Part shown: piece after piece, positions 34,782 through 48,549 of the stretch
Layout of the letters: each line of letters begins with the position of its first letter
Numbering within the stretch: position 1 is the first letter of the stretch
NCBI GenBank assembly: GCA_010405405.1
Contig: MU004235.1
Location: 1,688,538-1,752,537, forward strand
Direction: 5' to 3'
Source of the DNA: Microthyrium microscopicum
Lineage: Eukaryota
Length of the DNA: 64,000 nucleotides
Made by a program: the position numbers and the translations under genes
The notes under the pieces: model-generated
Told to the model about the DNA's origin: nothing
The model's input: the letters and a program-made list of their open reading frames with translations, nothing else
Databases searched by the model: none

Positions 34782-36029
34782 ATATATCCAAGATGCTACT
34801 GTCACTGATGAGGATCTCACACTTTGCTTTTTATAGTTCAAGCTAATGCACAGAAAAAAAATGTTAATTCTATTTCTTATATATGTGCTATGTTCCGCTA
34901 TACCAGTCTTCTCTTTGTTCTGACTGTCATTCCTTGCGTGCAATATTTGATACCGCGCTGATGCGGAAGGTTGATTATGGGATAATAGTCCTGCCTTTCA
35001 GTAATAACCTAGCTTCCAATCTGGATCCACCAGTCTGTTTTTTCTGGATCCGTCAACCATAGTTCATTGGCCAGCCATCTTGATCCTCACCTATCGGTGA
35101 ATTTCTTGTTGAACTGCAACTGGAATATGGGAGCCATCGACGCTGATGGGAGAACGCCACTTATTTTGTCCTAAAGGGGTTTCAAAAACGCCACTTTTGC
35201 ATGGCCTTTGCAGCTCATCTTGCAACTCTCATCCATACAGCACACTCTAAAAAGCGCCTGTCATTGCTTTGCTCATCATTGCCGTCTTTGCGTAATCACG
35301 CTTGTCTACTATATACGTTATGGATGATGCTTCAATACCACCAGGGCGAAAGCGATCAGTACCACAACTTATTCGAGTCAACATCACATCCCTCTCCGCA
35401 AGCCAGCTCGTAAAGACTGAGGTAGAATTTCCCAGCAAGGCAGATACCAAGAAGAGCAAACAAGGTACTCACAGCCCCAAGAGCGAAATCTGGTCTACGT
35501 AACTGACGAGAGCCCTCACAGTCAAGACGTTTGATTCATCCAAATTCAAAACTGTGTTTCTGGAGACAAAGTAGATGATATCTTGGAGACAAAGTGTGGG
35601 TTACTGGCACGCCTGTCTCCACCATTACAACAAGGCACCAGTATGACTCGTTCAACCTGTTTGACTTCAAAGTGCAAGGACAGGTAAACAGTAGCACAAC
35701 TGGAATGAATCGCTGTCTGTTCAAACGACGTCATCAGGATGTTCACGTTAATGATAATGATAAATAAGTTTGGTGATTCCACGCTACTCTAGATAGTAAT
35801 ACAAGTCGTCAAGCCGTTACCTAAAATCTGTGTATGACTGTTGGAAAGAAACAATCCCCGTCCTGGTCGTAAACCTCATAAAGCAATCGTCTAAACAAGT
35901 AGCTATGCTAAAGCTCAAGCAAGATCATACAGCAGAACGACGAGTAATGCCATCGCCAAAATGACAATAAAAAATATGTGGTGTATATTGCTGAAAAACA
36001 GAAATTGCCAACCCAACAACACGTACATC

Positions 36030-38930
36030 TTATCTTTCAAACACGGACACTGGCCCATTCTCGACCAAGAACTTGGGCCCAATGCTTCGTCTGATTTCAT
36101 CCCGTCGTTTTTGAGCTTTGCGCTCACGTCCACGTAGTCGCTTTTCATGCCACAAATCACGTAAACCATTCAAGCCAACATACTCCACATGCAACCCAAG
36201 CATTCGCCATTGGCGTCGCATTTTGTTCTTTTGACTCTGAATACTTCGTAGACTACTGAGACTTTGCTTCCTACGTATTGTCGATTGTGACTGGAAAACC
36301 GTGTTTCCACTGACTTGCTCAATGGAGACCCGGTCTCGAAGAGCGACTTGGCTGTCGCGAAAATTCGGTGGAGGTTCAATGTAGTGGCGCCGTTTATTCG
36401 TTCCATGTCGTTCAATGTTCAAGCTATTGCCAATCAAGAAACCGCCATTGCCACGGAATCCGGGAAGTCGCTGAGTTAGCCGTCGTGGAAGACTTGCTGC
36501 TGGAGGATCAGATGTATCGCCACCTGTATCAAGGTAAGTATGAAAAACTGAAGAGGAATTTGTAATGAACTTACCAGCTGGAAGGGGTTCCACGTCGTCG
36601 TCATCGTCCCATTCAGAATCTGAATCACTTATAGTATCCCAAAAGTCTCGAGGATGCCAGAAAGGATGAAGATGATTATCCTTGGAAACACGTCGACGAA
36701 GAGGCGGCTGGCTATTAGTTCGGCGCCTAAAACTAGAGGTCCTAGAAATGATTGGCTGTATGAGTGTATCGGAATAACGACGAGCTCGTTGAAGCATCGT
36801 TGGACGACTTGACAAAGGAGGCCGACTTCTTATTGGATCCTCTTCATCATTCATGGGTGTTGCTGGTAGCACGTTTATGACTGGAGGTATAGGCGCAGTT
36901 CTTGGATTACGCAATGGGGAATCCACAACAAATTCTTCCTGCTTGTTTGGTGGAGTTGATGGTTGAAAAGAAACTTCCGGCATTTCCGAAGTAGCAGGCA
37001 GAAGAACCTGTTCGTCTTGTCTCTTCTGTAGCTCTATTGGCCTGGACGCTTGTTGAACCAGAAGAAGGGAGTGATTGTTATGTGGAAAGATGCTAATTGC
37101 AGTCGCTTCACTAACCTCTGGTGCGTCCGACATTTGTGAGAAAGGCGTCGTTTGTGAATATAAATTCCGAGGGTGGTCTTCGCTTCGTAAAGTTGATCGA
37201 TCAATACTCACTCGTCGATCCAATTCTGAGCGCTCCGCACCCACTGATGCATCACTCTGGCGTGGAATTATGGCTGGAACTGTCAAGAAGTCCTCAAAGC
37301 CAGGAGACGACAAACCGTTGGAATTGATCACTTCATCCAATCTTGTTGCACTTGTATGCTTTATAGGCCCGCTCATACGTTCTTGTGGTATAGACGTTGT
37401 AGAAGGTCGTTTAAGTATAGTTATCAGAGACTCATCTGTTGTTGACGGATGCCCCATGAATGGAGGCAAAAGAGCAGACTCTAGAGCACGATGGGTTGCA
37501 CTTCGATGTGACTGTATTGAAGTCTGACTTCCAAGAGTAGATTCCTTGACTTTGGAAGACACAAAAGAGTTCTGCCTGGACTGAGAGCTTGTGTTGGAGA
37601 TCGTATCATCGTTCCTTTTATAGGCTATGTCGGGAGCATTGGCCAGAATGGTTTTGGGGTTGCCGGTACCAGAAAGAACAGACCGTGATCTTGGTACATT
37701 GGCCTTTGGAGCATCATACACTTGATAATTTCCGGGATGAGCGCTAATCTTCATACCGTTTTCAGCCTCTTCTCGAAGAGACAAGCTATCTCTCCTATGC
37801 CTTAGTAGAGGGTCGGTAAAAACACGTTTGTGTCCATTTGAACCCGAGCCAGGAACAGGTGACTTTTCATGAGTAACATTGAGCCATTTGCCAGTGGGTT
37901 GTAAGAGTTGCAGATTTCCCGACTCAGATAAGGCTCGCTTTGATTGAGGATTTCCAATGATTTCTGCGAGAGAACCACCCTCACTGCGCAAAGACAGCGT
38001 TTTACTGACATGACGAAGTTTTCTTGGCTTTGGAGGCGGTGTACTGACTACGATAGCCTCCACAACGGTAGAAGTGCTCGACATTGCAGAATGTCTTCGA
38101 CTGGATTTATCGGATTGGTTGGGCGAACCACTTGCAAGCTTTTTCGGAGTCGGAGAACCACTTGCAAACTTTGTTGGAGTTAGAGATCCACTTGCATACT
38201 TGGTAGGGGCTGAGATTGATGCTGGAAATTTCTGATTGAAATCCTGAAAGGTGGGAGTACGAGGTGACCTAGGTGGAACTAAAGACGGAGCGGTGTGTAG
38301 ATTGGTACCATCAGCCAGGTTGGGTATAAGTTTCTTCTTTGGTCGTATTGTCACATTTCGCATGAGGTTGTTAGTATCCCATTCTCGGTTTGGAATTTGT
38401 ACCATATCGCACTGCTCTTTTGTACTTGTGGGTTTGTTTACTTGTGTTTCAAACGGAAAACTCAATCCTAAATCATTGCGATTACGGCGGTCCCCGGTCC
38501 ATTGAGGACTTTGTCCCTGGGAACTAGCATCATCCTCGGACAACCATGGCGATTCCCTCGCAGTCCTAAAGGATTCAGCAACTGACGGGGAAACTTGAGA
38601 CGGAAACAGCTGGGGCGGGCTTAATGAAGCTGGCGGGGTTCCATCTGGGGTTGGTAATTTTTGCAGCGTTGATCCAGAATGAGATGTGGATCGTTTCTTC
38701 TCTCCGTTGTCACGCCAATTGGTGCCATTCGATCGAAGACCTGGCGTTTTTGTTTGAGGTACACTTTCATTCGAATTTGAAGGAGGTGTTGGAGGAAATG
38801 ATCGATCTGACGTATTTGGAGCCGTATATCCTCCTGAAGGATATCTAATCCTCGGAACATGGGACGGAGGGAGTTGTAGTCCACCATTTGGTACACGTAG
38901 CGCTTGGACAGTATATATGGAAGGAGCCAT
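36030..38930 (-). CDS. Hypothetical Ser/Pro-rich fungal protein (about 950 aa)
   Basis: 2.9-kb ORF with conserved-looking islands (EVSEATAISIFPHNNHSLLLVQQ, DSPLRNPRTAP, LHPFWHPRDFWD, GFLIGNSL, VEYVGL). In-frame 51-nt intron at 36524-36574. Confidence 0.85.
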   Translation of the reverse strand: MAPSIYTVQALRVPNGGLQLPPSHVPRIRYPSGGYTAPNTSDRSFPPTPPSNSNESVPQTKTPGLRSNGTNWRDNGEKKRSTSHSGSTLQKLPTPDGTPPASLSPPQLFPSQVSPSVAESFRTARESPWLSEDDASSQGQSPQWTGDRRNRNDLGLSFPFETQVNKPTSTKEQCDMVQIPNREWDTNNLMRNVTIRPKKKLIPNLADGTNLHTAPSLVPPRSPRTPTFQDFNQKFPASISAPTKYASGSLTPTKFASGSPTPKKLASGSPNQSDKSSRRHSAMSSTSTVVEAIVVSTPPPKPRKLRHVSKTLSLRSEGGSLAEIIGNPQSKRALSESGNLQLLQPTGKWLNVTHEKSPVPGSGSNGHKRVFTDPLLRHRRDSLSLREEAENGMKISAHPGNYQVYDAPKANVPRSRSVLSGTGNPKTILANAPDIAYKRNDDTISNTSSQSRQNSFVSSKVKESTLGSQTSIQSHRSATHRALESALLPPFMGHPSTTDESLITILKRPSTTSIPQERMSGPIKHTSATRLDEVINSNGLSSPGFEDFLTVPAIIPRQSDASVGAERSELDRRVSIDRSTLRSEDHPRNLYSQTTPFSQMSDAPEVSEATAISIFPHNNHSLLLVQQASRPIELQKRQDEQVLLPATSEMPEVSFQPSTPPNKQEEFVVDSPLRNPRTAPIPPVINVLPATPMNDEEDPIRSRPPLSSRPTMLQRARRYSDTLIQPIISRTSSFRRRTNSQPPLRRRVSKDNHLHPFWHPRDFWDTISDSDSEWDDDDDVEPLPAGKFITNSSSVFHTYLDTGGDTSDPPAASLPRRLTQRLPGFRGNGGFLIGNSLNIERHGTNKRRHYIEPPPNFRDSQVALRDRVSIEQVSGNTVFQSQSTIRRKQSLSSLRSIQSQKNKMRRQWRMLGLHVEYVGLNGLRDLWHEKRLRGRERKAQKRRDEIRRSIGPKFLVENGPVSVFER

Positions 38931-40650
38931 GATATGGTGTAGCGCTCATCTGAGGCTCAGACAAATTGTGTATGCTATAACTGAATGAAGTTCATCGAGG
39001 TTGAGGGTGTCACCGTGGACTCGGGAGACCAAAGGCCAGTGGTGGTCGCAACTAGCCCAGTAGCATGTCACCGTTGCAAAGCTGTAGGCGTATAAGGTTT
39101 GCGACCAGGCTCAATCGAAATAAGAGGCCATTTATAATTGAGAATCTGGTTGATACCGAAGAGAGCTCTAGATATGATGGTTGTAGCAGGCGCGTGCAGG
39201 GGGCAAATCACTGGCGGGTTGCGAGAGTGCAAGTTGAGGACGAGTTGGGCATATCAGATGCCAGCAGCGAAATCGGAGAAAAGTCCAGATTGCAATGTAT
39301 ACTGTAAATATAAGTGAAGATAGAAGAGTGGTTCAGATGGTGAACTAGTGGCCGGCGGAAGATGGAGAAGCTGGGTAGGCTAGTTTGATATTCTGGGGCA
39401 AGATTGGAACAGGCCTCGAGGCCAGGGCGAAGCCTAGTATCAGAAGGCGGCGGCGGGCTGGGGAGACAATAGGGGATGATGGGTATCGTGCAAATAGTTC
39501 GTAGGCGCTGCTTGGAGAGGCGAAGTTGAGACGGAATGGAGAGGAGTGCCGGAGTTGAGAGAGAAACGCAGAGCAATGGTGAGGTGGAGAAGTGGTGGAT
39601 TCTGGACTATGAGTGGTGGAGTAGGCGATTCTTGCAGACGCTCTTGTGACAGTTGCGGCAGGCGCAATCCACTGGTCAGTGGTGGATGGAAGTTGCGACT
39701 CGCAACTTGGAAAGAGCTGCCAATTTGTTGGAACGTGCCATACTAGCTTCCCAGCCCCCCACCCAGAAATTAATGCAGCTCTAGCCTCTAAATCCTGCTA
39801 GGGTCAGCCTTGTCGGCTCGTGGCACTGATCCCAGTGGCGGAAAATCTTGGCAATATCACATTGACATCCTGCTAGTGGAGCGACAACAACTTACCTTCA
39901 ATGCCTCCATCCAGATGGCAATGATTACGAACTTCTGGACACGCTAGCAAATTGAAGTGGGAAGGTACTTCTTCATTGCTAAAGACAAGAGCTCTTGTAC
40001 ACAAAGAGCTGGGTCAAATCACATCTTACTTTAAAATCCTCGATGAATTCGTGAGCATCATCATGCTACTATATCGTGGATCAGAGCTCAGAAAGTCGCC
40101 TCAAGGAGGCCATTTCTTTCCTGAGATCCAATTATCCATCATGTTCTCAGGCAAGCGCTTATGGGACTATGCTGAGGACAGCTACCATTCCCTTGGTTGG
40201 ACAAACAATCCGTAACAACATCGGACAGTTGCATCATAAAGAACGAACCGGCCAGCATGTCTAGCTTCTAGGCACTCTTTGCTCCTCATTTGCAAATGTG
40301 ATATGTATGTTGATGCCATTTAGGTTTGGTATTCGTAAGAAACCATGATCGAGTCAAGGTTCACTAGCCGCGCCTTCCCTTCAGAGTCTGGAATCTGGAT
40401 AGCTCTTACCTAGATCTTTCAAACCACGACCTACTCCTTCTAATCATGTCTACTTCAACGTGGTCTACAATGCGCCTTCCCATCATCTTCCTGTCGCGGT
40501 TTCCTACCGCAAGCGTGGCAGCGTGGCAACCTATTTCCCCGCGCACTGGATTTATATTCTCTGCATCCTTTTGCCTCTTCAACTACACTCACTCGTTGTG
40601 TTTCTACTGCTTTTCGGTATTTTGAGGATCTCTGCAGTATAGCCATTATC

Positions 40651-43259
40651 ATGGCTACACTACCCACGACAGCTTCTCTTGAAGCTCTACAAAGCAAAGA
40701 GCAGCGCGAAATTCTTGACCTGGTCGACCGTTTGCGCCGCGCAGGATTGAGCTCAATTCTTAATCTCCCCCAACTCGTTGTCTGTGGAGACCAGTCCTCA
40801 GGCAAGTCCTCGGTTCTGGAAGCCATCACAGAGATTCCCTTTCCACGCAAAGAGAATCTCTGCACTCGATTTGCTACTGAGATCATTATGCGTCGAGGTG
40901 CGGAATCTTCAATTTCCTGCAAAATCAATGCAGACAAATCTCGCCCTCTCGAAGAACAGAAAAAGCTTGCTGCGTTTCGAAAACGCATTGCATCCTTCGA
41001 TGCGCTACCAGAGCTGATGGATGAAGCGACGACTTTGATGGGTCTTGACAATGCTGGTGGTGACGTGCGAGCTTTCTCGCGGGATGTCTTGAGTATCGAG
41101 ATATGTGGCCCAGGCCGTCCTCAATTGTATGTTCCCCTTCAGTAACAACGGATGACAAACAATCATCACTCGCGTGCGCCTGTTGATTCTTGTTTCTTTG
41201 CGTTTTACTCATTACGCTTTTCAGGACACTTGTCGATCTTCCCGGACTAATCCACTCCGAAAACAAATCCCAGACCAAACAAGATGTTCAATTGATCAAA
41301 AGTCTGGTTGAGGAATACATTAGCAATGAACGTACAATTATTCTCGCTGTTGTTACCGCCAAGAATGACTACGCTAACCAGATTATTCTCGAACGCGCCC
41401 GCAAGGTCGATCCAAAAGGTTCTCGTACCCTTGGCATCATCACAAAGCCCGACTTCCTTCATGAGGGCTCGGAGAATCAACAAACTTGGATCGACTTGGC
41501 AGCGAACAAGGACATCTTCTTCGAGTTGGGCTGGCACATGTTGCGCAATCGTAAAGACGATGAGAAGGATCTGACCTTCGCTGAGCGCAATGCCAACGAG
41601 ACGAACTTCTTCTCCGTTGGCAAATATCGTGATCTTCCAAAGGACAAGGTCGGCATAGATCATCTGCGCGTCAAACTCAGCAACCTGCTCTTCGCTCACC
41701 TCAAAAAGGAGCTACCAGTGTTACGTAAAGAGTTGAATGCCATGGCGGTGAAGACTAAAGGCGAGCTTGGTCTTATGGTAACGTGTCCTACAGGAACCGA
41801 TCCCCCGCTGGGCCTTCCAACTACTAACAATTACCTAGGGTGAGAAACGGTCTACTATGGAAGAGCGCAAGGACTATCTTATGCATATCTGCACGGAAGC
41901 CTGGAAGCTTTTGGATTCCGGAATGTAAGTTGGCGATATGATTTTCTTTTTGAAAATCCTGAACTGAACTCAATATGTGCATCCGATACTAACAAGTTCT
42001 CAGTCGGGGACATTACGACCACGAGTTCTTCCAACAGGGTGACTTTGACTTGCTGACGGAGGTGGGATGTCGTCGTCTTCGTGCTTCCGTTCAGAATATG
42101 AATATTGTCTTCGCCGAAGACATGCGGGTCAATGGTCGAAAATTCAAGTATCCTAAATCCGGCATCAAGAAGAAAAATAGACCCCAGCATTCGGAACCCA
42201 ATTTCCACCCGTTACCCCCAGGTAAGTCTGCTTGGTAAGCTAGAGATGTGGAGTTGCAACTCACACAGTTCAGGTATGACTTGTACGGTCGTTGAAATTG
42301 ATGAAGACGACAGTTCCAGCATTGATTATCATCCAGAAGACGACAAAGCGCCTATAGCACGAACTCGTGATGAAGCCGTGAAATGGGCAGCGAGTGTTAT
42401 TGAGAAGAGTCGGGGTATGGAACTTCCCGGCGTTTTCAATCATCAGGCTATCAGCCATCTCTTCTGGGAACAGTCCGAGAAATGGGAAGTGCTTGCTCGC
42501 CAGCACATCGATTGTGTGGCAGATTCATGCCAGGACTTTGCCAACCAAATTCTGGATCATGTTGCTGCTCCTGAGGTGAAACTTCGGTTGCTTGCACATT
42601 CGGTAGGTGTTCTTGTTACCCGAATCCTCACACCCTATTGGCCTCAACCATATTAAAAAAACAGTATATTGTGATAGTGCGCTAACAAATGCCAGATTGA
42701 TAGCGATTTGAAGGACAACCATCGAGCAGCTTTGCAAGAACTTGCATCCATTGCCAAGGACTTGAAACGTCAGCCCATCACCTACAATCATTACTTCACT
42801 GACAATCTTCAAAAGATGCAGCAAGAAAAGATCACACGTGATATGAGAACCGCTGTTGCTCACTCTACCAAAACGCTGAACGTCATGGGTGGATTCGGCA
42901 CCAATGCGATTCAGCAAGTCGTTGATCCAGAAATGCTGACAGCCAATATGACCACTGGCATCGAAGTCAACATGTCGAAGTACGCCGCCGAGCAGGCTTT
43001 GGATTATCAGTCCGCCTACTACAAGGACGAGCTGAAGTACTTTGTCAATGTCATCACCAAGCAAGTCATTGAACGACATCTGATCAGCAAACTTCCCGCC
43101 CTTCTTGCGCCCAACATGGTAACTAGATTGACCAATGAGCAGCTCGGAGAGCTCGCTGCTGAGACACCAGAGGTGGAAAGTCGTCGTCGTTACTTGGAGG
43201 CCCAAAAGGACATGTTGGAAGAAGGCCAAGCAGCATTTCGAAAGGCTGTGCGTGTCTGA
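40651..43259 (+). CDS. Dynamin-family GTPase, fungal Mx-like type; 6 exons
   Basis: G1 LPQLVVCGDQSSGKSSVLEAIT, G2 CTRFATE, G3 LVDLPG, G4 TKPD, then RRLRA and SRGMELPG, and a GED-like C-terminus (AYYKDELKYFVNVITKQVIERHL). Five GT-AG introns keep the frame. Confidence 0.92.
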
Positions 43260-44070
43260 GAAATGACAACTATGGGAGTTGCGATAATGATGCATGATCG
43301 GTAGTAGGATTTGACGGCCATGGATGCTGTACATACTAATATGCCATGGTAGCTTTTGGACTGGGCCTGGGTTAATGCTGCCGGCACAAACAAGAAATGA
43401 TGCATACTCAAATGATGAATTGAGATTGCTTGTTTTCATACGTATCCTACCTTTGCATGAAGCATAAGATGTTCTAAGATCACATCCTAAACCATAGAGC
43501 TGCAAAACTGTTATCACTTATGACCAAGCACGAGCATTAATTTGTGCATGGCTAAGCTTCTCGACAGCAAGTTTACCTTCCTCATTTCCAGGGCTGGAAA
43601 GACTGGACGATCTTTAGCCAGTTGTTGTAACACCAACGTCACTGCTATAGCCACTGTCTGTACCATTATTATTGGAAGAAACCTGGTTGCAGGCAAGACA
43701 GGTTTTCAACCTTTGAACCTAGGATATAAAACAAGCATTGACAAGCAAGAGGCTATAATGATGGTTCAGAGGATCTGACAAATGACGTTGATGTAGATCG
43801 TTCCTGCATCGGCCTCTACAGGCATAACAGGGCTGGCTTACAGCCTCCACAATCATGAATTACAAGTTTATGGGAACAGACTCGTCATAATTACGCCAGG
43901 CCTCTGACATAGTACCAAGGCGGAAAACATGAAATGTGGTACCTGTATATAAGTAAGTTGGTTCACTTAGTCCTTGACTTTGAAATCATCAATCATCAAC
44001 CATCAACCATCCATCAACACCACTACCTACACCCACAAACCAACCAAACCCATCTCTTCCAAGTATCAAC

Positions 44071-44349
44071 ATGTCTGACCTTATCAACAAAGCAAAGGGT
44101 GCCCTTGACAACAAGCTCAATAAAGATGCCCAGCCAGGCAACCAAGTAGAAGGTACCGCCGATACTGGTGCAAACAACAGTACGTTTTTCATCTCTTCCC
44201 TCTTTCCAAGAAATCACACAGTTCCTAACCTCCGCATAGAGATCAACGATATTGCCAACCAGGCCGGCGTCTCACAACAGGATGACGGTATCATCGACAA
44301 AGTTGCCGATTCAAAGATCAACCAAGATATTCCATTCGGAAACAACTAG
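44071..44349 (+). CDS. Small hydrophilic hypothetical protein (72 aa after splicing)
   Basis: Good start context (caacATGt) and a TATA-like tatataa upstream. 60-nt intron 44180-44239 (GTACGT...CTAAC...TAG). Asn/Asp/Gln-rich. Confidence 0.75.
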   Translation: MSDLINKAKGALDNKLNKDAQPGNQVEGTADTGANNSTFFISSLFPRNHTVPNLRIEINDIANQAGVSQQDDGIIDKVADSKINQDIPFGNN

Positions 44350-45497
44350 AATTATGTAGCATTTAGCGGCATGTTATAATAAACGGATAATGGCAATGAT
44401 CATGTGAAATCATCACAAAATCAACATTTTGAACACGTAATGTGAACCAGTGAACGAACGTAGAACTACAACATGAGTATGTTTTTTGGGGTCACTCAGT
44501 TGATCTACTTGGTTGCCATATCAAAAAAAAAAGTGAAGTCATGCTCTAAGCATAATCTGATATGAGATAAAAAACGGTTAATCGTAGAGAGGGAAATTAA
44601 GTACTAAATTAGTACATACCTACAACAACAAGAAAAGATGCAAATGCCGAGGCTAGAAACCAACTTGGCAACTGCGAGAACATCAGAAGACTCCACCCAG
44701 CCCTGTATTTATACTCAAAAATAGAGGTCAACAGGGTGGAAAAAGCTCCCGGCTTAGCTAACCATTACAGTACCACTCACTGGCACTTAGTACAGTAGGT
44801 ACAGTACCTGTAGAGTACCACGTCGTCGAGTACAAAGAATCTGTGCTCCTTGAGCTGGCTATATCCGGGCATAGCAAATTCTACAATTGATCTGTCCAAA
44901 TTTAGGTAGCATAATTATATAGCGGACTTGGATGGTGGTAACTCTGGGGTCTGATCTGATATTGAATTGTCTGTTCTTAGTCAAGCGGCGGCCTCACTTT
45001 CAACCTCATCTTTTGACTTTTCCCTCCACGCTAGACCGACATCGATCCGCACCAACACCAACACCAATACCAACAACCACTTATCCAACGTGTCCAATTG
45101 TCGCATCCTCGTTTTTTATACCATTATCTCTACTCTGCATGCTGGGCTCGTGATAGCAAGCTGTAGGAAACAACGATCGTCCATTTAACTCGCGCAATCT
45201 TCTCTCTCCAGCTTCCTGTCACCTCTCGCTCGGCCCTATCCTTCCTTCCGTATCGCGTCTCGTCCGCATCACTTCATTATCTCCGAACCTTACTCCTCTA
45301 ACAACGGTCCAAGTGCTCGTTGAGTAGCTTGTTGCATCTTCCAAACATCTTCTCTGCCGTTCCATTGGTTCCAACGCCTTCATATTATTCCCACCCCATC
45401 CACTACTAGCTCTGCCGCAGCCTAATATTGCCATAATCCATTAGCTTGGCCGACTTCATCGCTCAAAGCTTCGGTGCGCTTGTATAGTTTGCGCAAT

Positions 45498-47726
45498 ATG
45501 CAACAGTCGTCAATGCCATCTCGCAAGAGACCGGCTCCAGGAGCCTCTCCCGCCAACCCGCAATCGCAGGCCACATATACTGTTCAGCCAGGCGCTCCTA
45601 ACCAACCTTTACAGAACGACTCCTCGTTCGCCGACTGGGCTGCCTCAACCGATTACAGACAATTTCCTGATAATCTCGATGCCATTCCTGGAAACTTAAA
45701 CTCATACGATGCCACCACTCTAGGCTACAATCCAGCATTGGACGCTGAGGATAGTGTGCATTACATGAACGGCACTGACCCTCAGAATGCCGGTCAGTTG
45801 GTCCGACGAAACGCAAACCAGCAACTGGCACGGCAGGCCCGCAACTCTTGGGATGGAGATGCTAATCCTGATCGCACGAATTGGGAGGAAGAAGAAGACG
45901 ATGATGATGAGCTCGAGAGACGGGCATCGGAAGCCAAAAAGGAAGCAATTACCAAAAAGCGACAAATTCCGCCATTTGTACAAAAGATTCGAAGGTGAAA
46001 TTTTCTTCATTCTCGATGATCAAATGATGCTAACCTGATGAATAGCTTCCTGGATGAGGATAGAAATACCGAACTCATTCGCTGGTCTGATGATGGCAAA
46101 TCATTTGTGGTTTTGGATGAAGACGAATTCGCTAAGACTTTGATCCCGGAGTTGTTCAAACACAAAAACTACGCTTCCTTCGTACGCCAACTCAATATGT
46201 ACGGCTTTCACAAGAAAGTAGGCTTGTCCGACAACTCTATGAAGGCTAGCGAGAGTAGAAGAAAGACACCTAGTGAATATGCTAACCCATACTTTCGACA
46301 AGGCCGACCCGAGCTACTGTGGCTTATTCAAAAGCCCAAATCTGCTCCAGGAAAGAAAGGACCAGATGGGAAAATCGAAGAAGAGGAGGAAATTGGCAAA
46401 AAGCCTGGTAGCATAATGCAACCAGTCAAAGGAGGAAAAAGCCAGGACACATCAAAGGACCTTGTTGCAATAAATCGCAATGACTTGGATTCGATTAAAA
46501 CCGAGATCTACAATCTCAAAAAGCGGAACGAAGTGATTTCAAACTACATCGGTTCTCTGCGGCAACAAAATAGTACAATTCACCAACAAGCCGAAAAGTT
46601 CCAAGCAGCACAAAATCGTTTTCAACAGATGTATGATCGACATGAGAGTTCCATCAATGCGATTCTGACGTTCCTGGCCACCTTCTACAACAGAAGTCTA
46701 GAAGGACAGAACCAACCGAATTTTGCAGAGATGTTTGCAAGTACATTGCCGCCAAGTGGACAGTCTGGTAGTATTGTGGATATGTCCGATATGCCTAATA
46801 TGGATCTGCAGAACATGGCCAGTCGAAGTATGAATCAACCACGCAGAAATCAGAAACTACTTCTCGCGGCGCCGCATATTGCTTCATCCAGCACAACTCC
46901 TCTCCCGACTCCTAAAGTTGAGAGCATTGATACTCCTGTCAATGCATCTAGTCATGCAAGTCCATCCCCGGCGGCTGGTGTCAACGACATGCTGTCAAGA
47001 ATCAACTGGGCCAACGCCAACAGTCCACAAGCTTCTGGAGCCAACAACTTTGACTTTGACTCAGCCTTGGAACACTTGCAAACATCTGATGGCAACATGC
47101 CCCTCACTGACGCGGAAACCACGGATATATTGACTCGTATGACTCAAGACGCTGGAAGTACGTTGGACACTACGCCGGCAAAACCCTCCAATCCTCAGCA
47201 GAATACCAACAGCGCACTTGGTGGAGTGAACCAGTCATTTAACATTCCTAACATGCCTACAACTGCAGACTTTGATCGGATTCGTCACCAGCAGTATGCG
47301 CTCGACCAGGTTCAAAAGCTACAGGACGACCAGAACCAACGTGTACGGGAAATAGCGGACAAACTTGGTCCATTGTCACCCAACGGCTTCATACCCGGCA
47401 TTCACGACAACTCTAACGTACCTGTTCCTGACTCTTTTGATCTCGACGACTGGCTCAACAACCCGTACTTCCCGGAAAATTCTGGAAACTTGGATGGTAA
47501 TGCTGACAATGGACTGAATATACCTCATACCTCACTAACTGGACTCGAAGGACTGGAGAACTCCAATACGCTACTTCAGCAGAACTTAGGGGGTGATGGC
47601 ACGCAAGCCCATAGCGTGAGCTCGCAAGCCGCCAGTCCAGCCACGGTTGAGACACTGGATGATGTTGATGCGGACACCAATGTGTTGGCAGGGGAAGGAT
47701 CTCGAAAACGACGCCGACGGGACTAG
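45498..47726 (+). CDS. HSF1: Heat shock transcription factor
   Basis: HSF DNA-binding domain IPPFVQKIRSFLDE...IRWSDDGKSFVV...FKHKNYASFVRQLNMYGFHKK, followed by a coiled coil ending INAILTFLATFYNRSL. Intron 45994-46045. Confidence 0.92.
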
Positions 47727-48549
47727 TATCACCAGCCGGCATCGTGAGGAGACGCACTAAGTAAAAAAGAGCTGACAGATATCTGTCTGCAAACATGCTG
47801 TTATGGATGGACAGAGATTAAATGATTGAACGATTGAAATGCGCTTACGATATTCTTATTACCAGGTCTGAACCGCGGAAGCGGATTTGTACATGGTCCT
47901 TCGTCTAGAGAGAAATTCACAGAAATATATATTAATGAATGTATTTTTATACTCGGCTAAGCAAATCAACAGGCCCAGGAAAAATGAGCCAGCAAGCTTC
48001 GTTTCCTTGTCGAATGCCAATGATGGAAATCTTCAAAATACTCTAAGCCCCTAAATTGGGTTGGGTACTTTGGAGGGAGATTGTGGGCAGTCGCTGCATT
48101 CTCTGTCGTCTTCAACCCAAACACACACACTCAGCCACTACTACATACTCTACCTACTCCTTACCTTACAACCAAAACATGTCACCTCGCCTAAACCGAT
48201 GTTGAATATCTTTAGTGACTTTAACATGCAGACCACCGGCTACTACGTATAACCAATTCTTAGCTTCCCACTCCATTTGCTTGTAATTCAAAGGACCCAC
48301 CACACTACGCGGGCACCAACCAAGCAGGCTACCAGTTTTCAGTCAAGCAGCAGTCTCTGTGGTCTAACAATAATTGCCCAAACGGTTATTTGCGGCTGCC
48401 ACAAGTCCACGAGTCCACAACCCCTTCATTCCATCCCGGTGATCCCCTGAAATCAACTTGACATATATCCTCCTCTTTGATACACCAATAAGTCTCTCTC
48501 GTCTTCCACTCTTGGAGCCCTCTGTCCGCCATCATTCCTCCATGCCGTC

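Noticed and set aside
42525..43517. 330-aa antisense ORF over the dynamin 3' end, and similar antisense ORFs over ARG7, CRY and the F-box gene
   Set aside because: These are shadow ORFs explained by codon bias of the sense genes.
48230..48375. Possible H/ACA snoRNA upstream of ATG101
   Set aside because: Only a weak hairpin and an ACA triplet, with no convincing two-hairpin fold or guide sequence. An Rfam scan would be needed.
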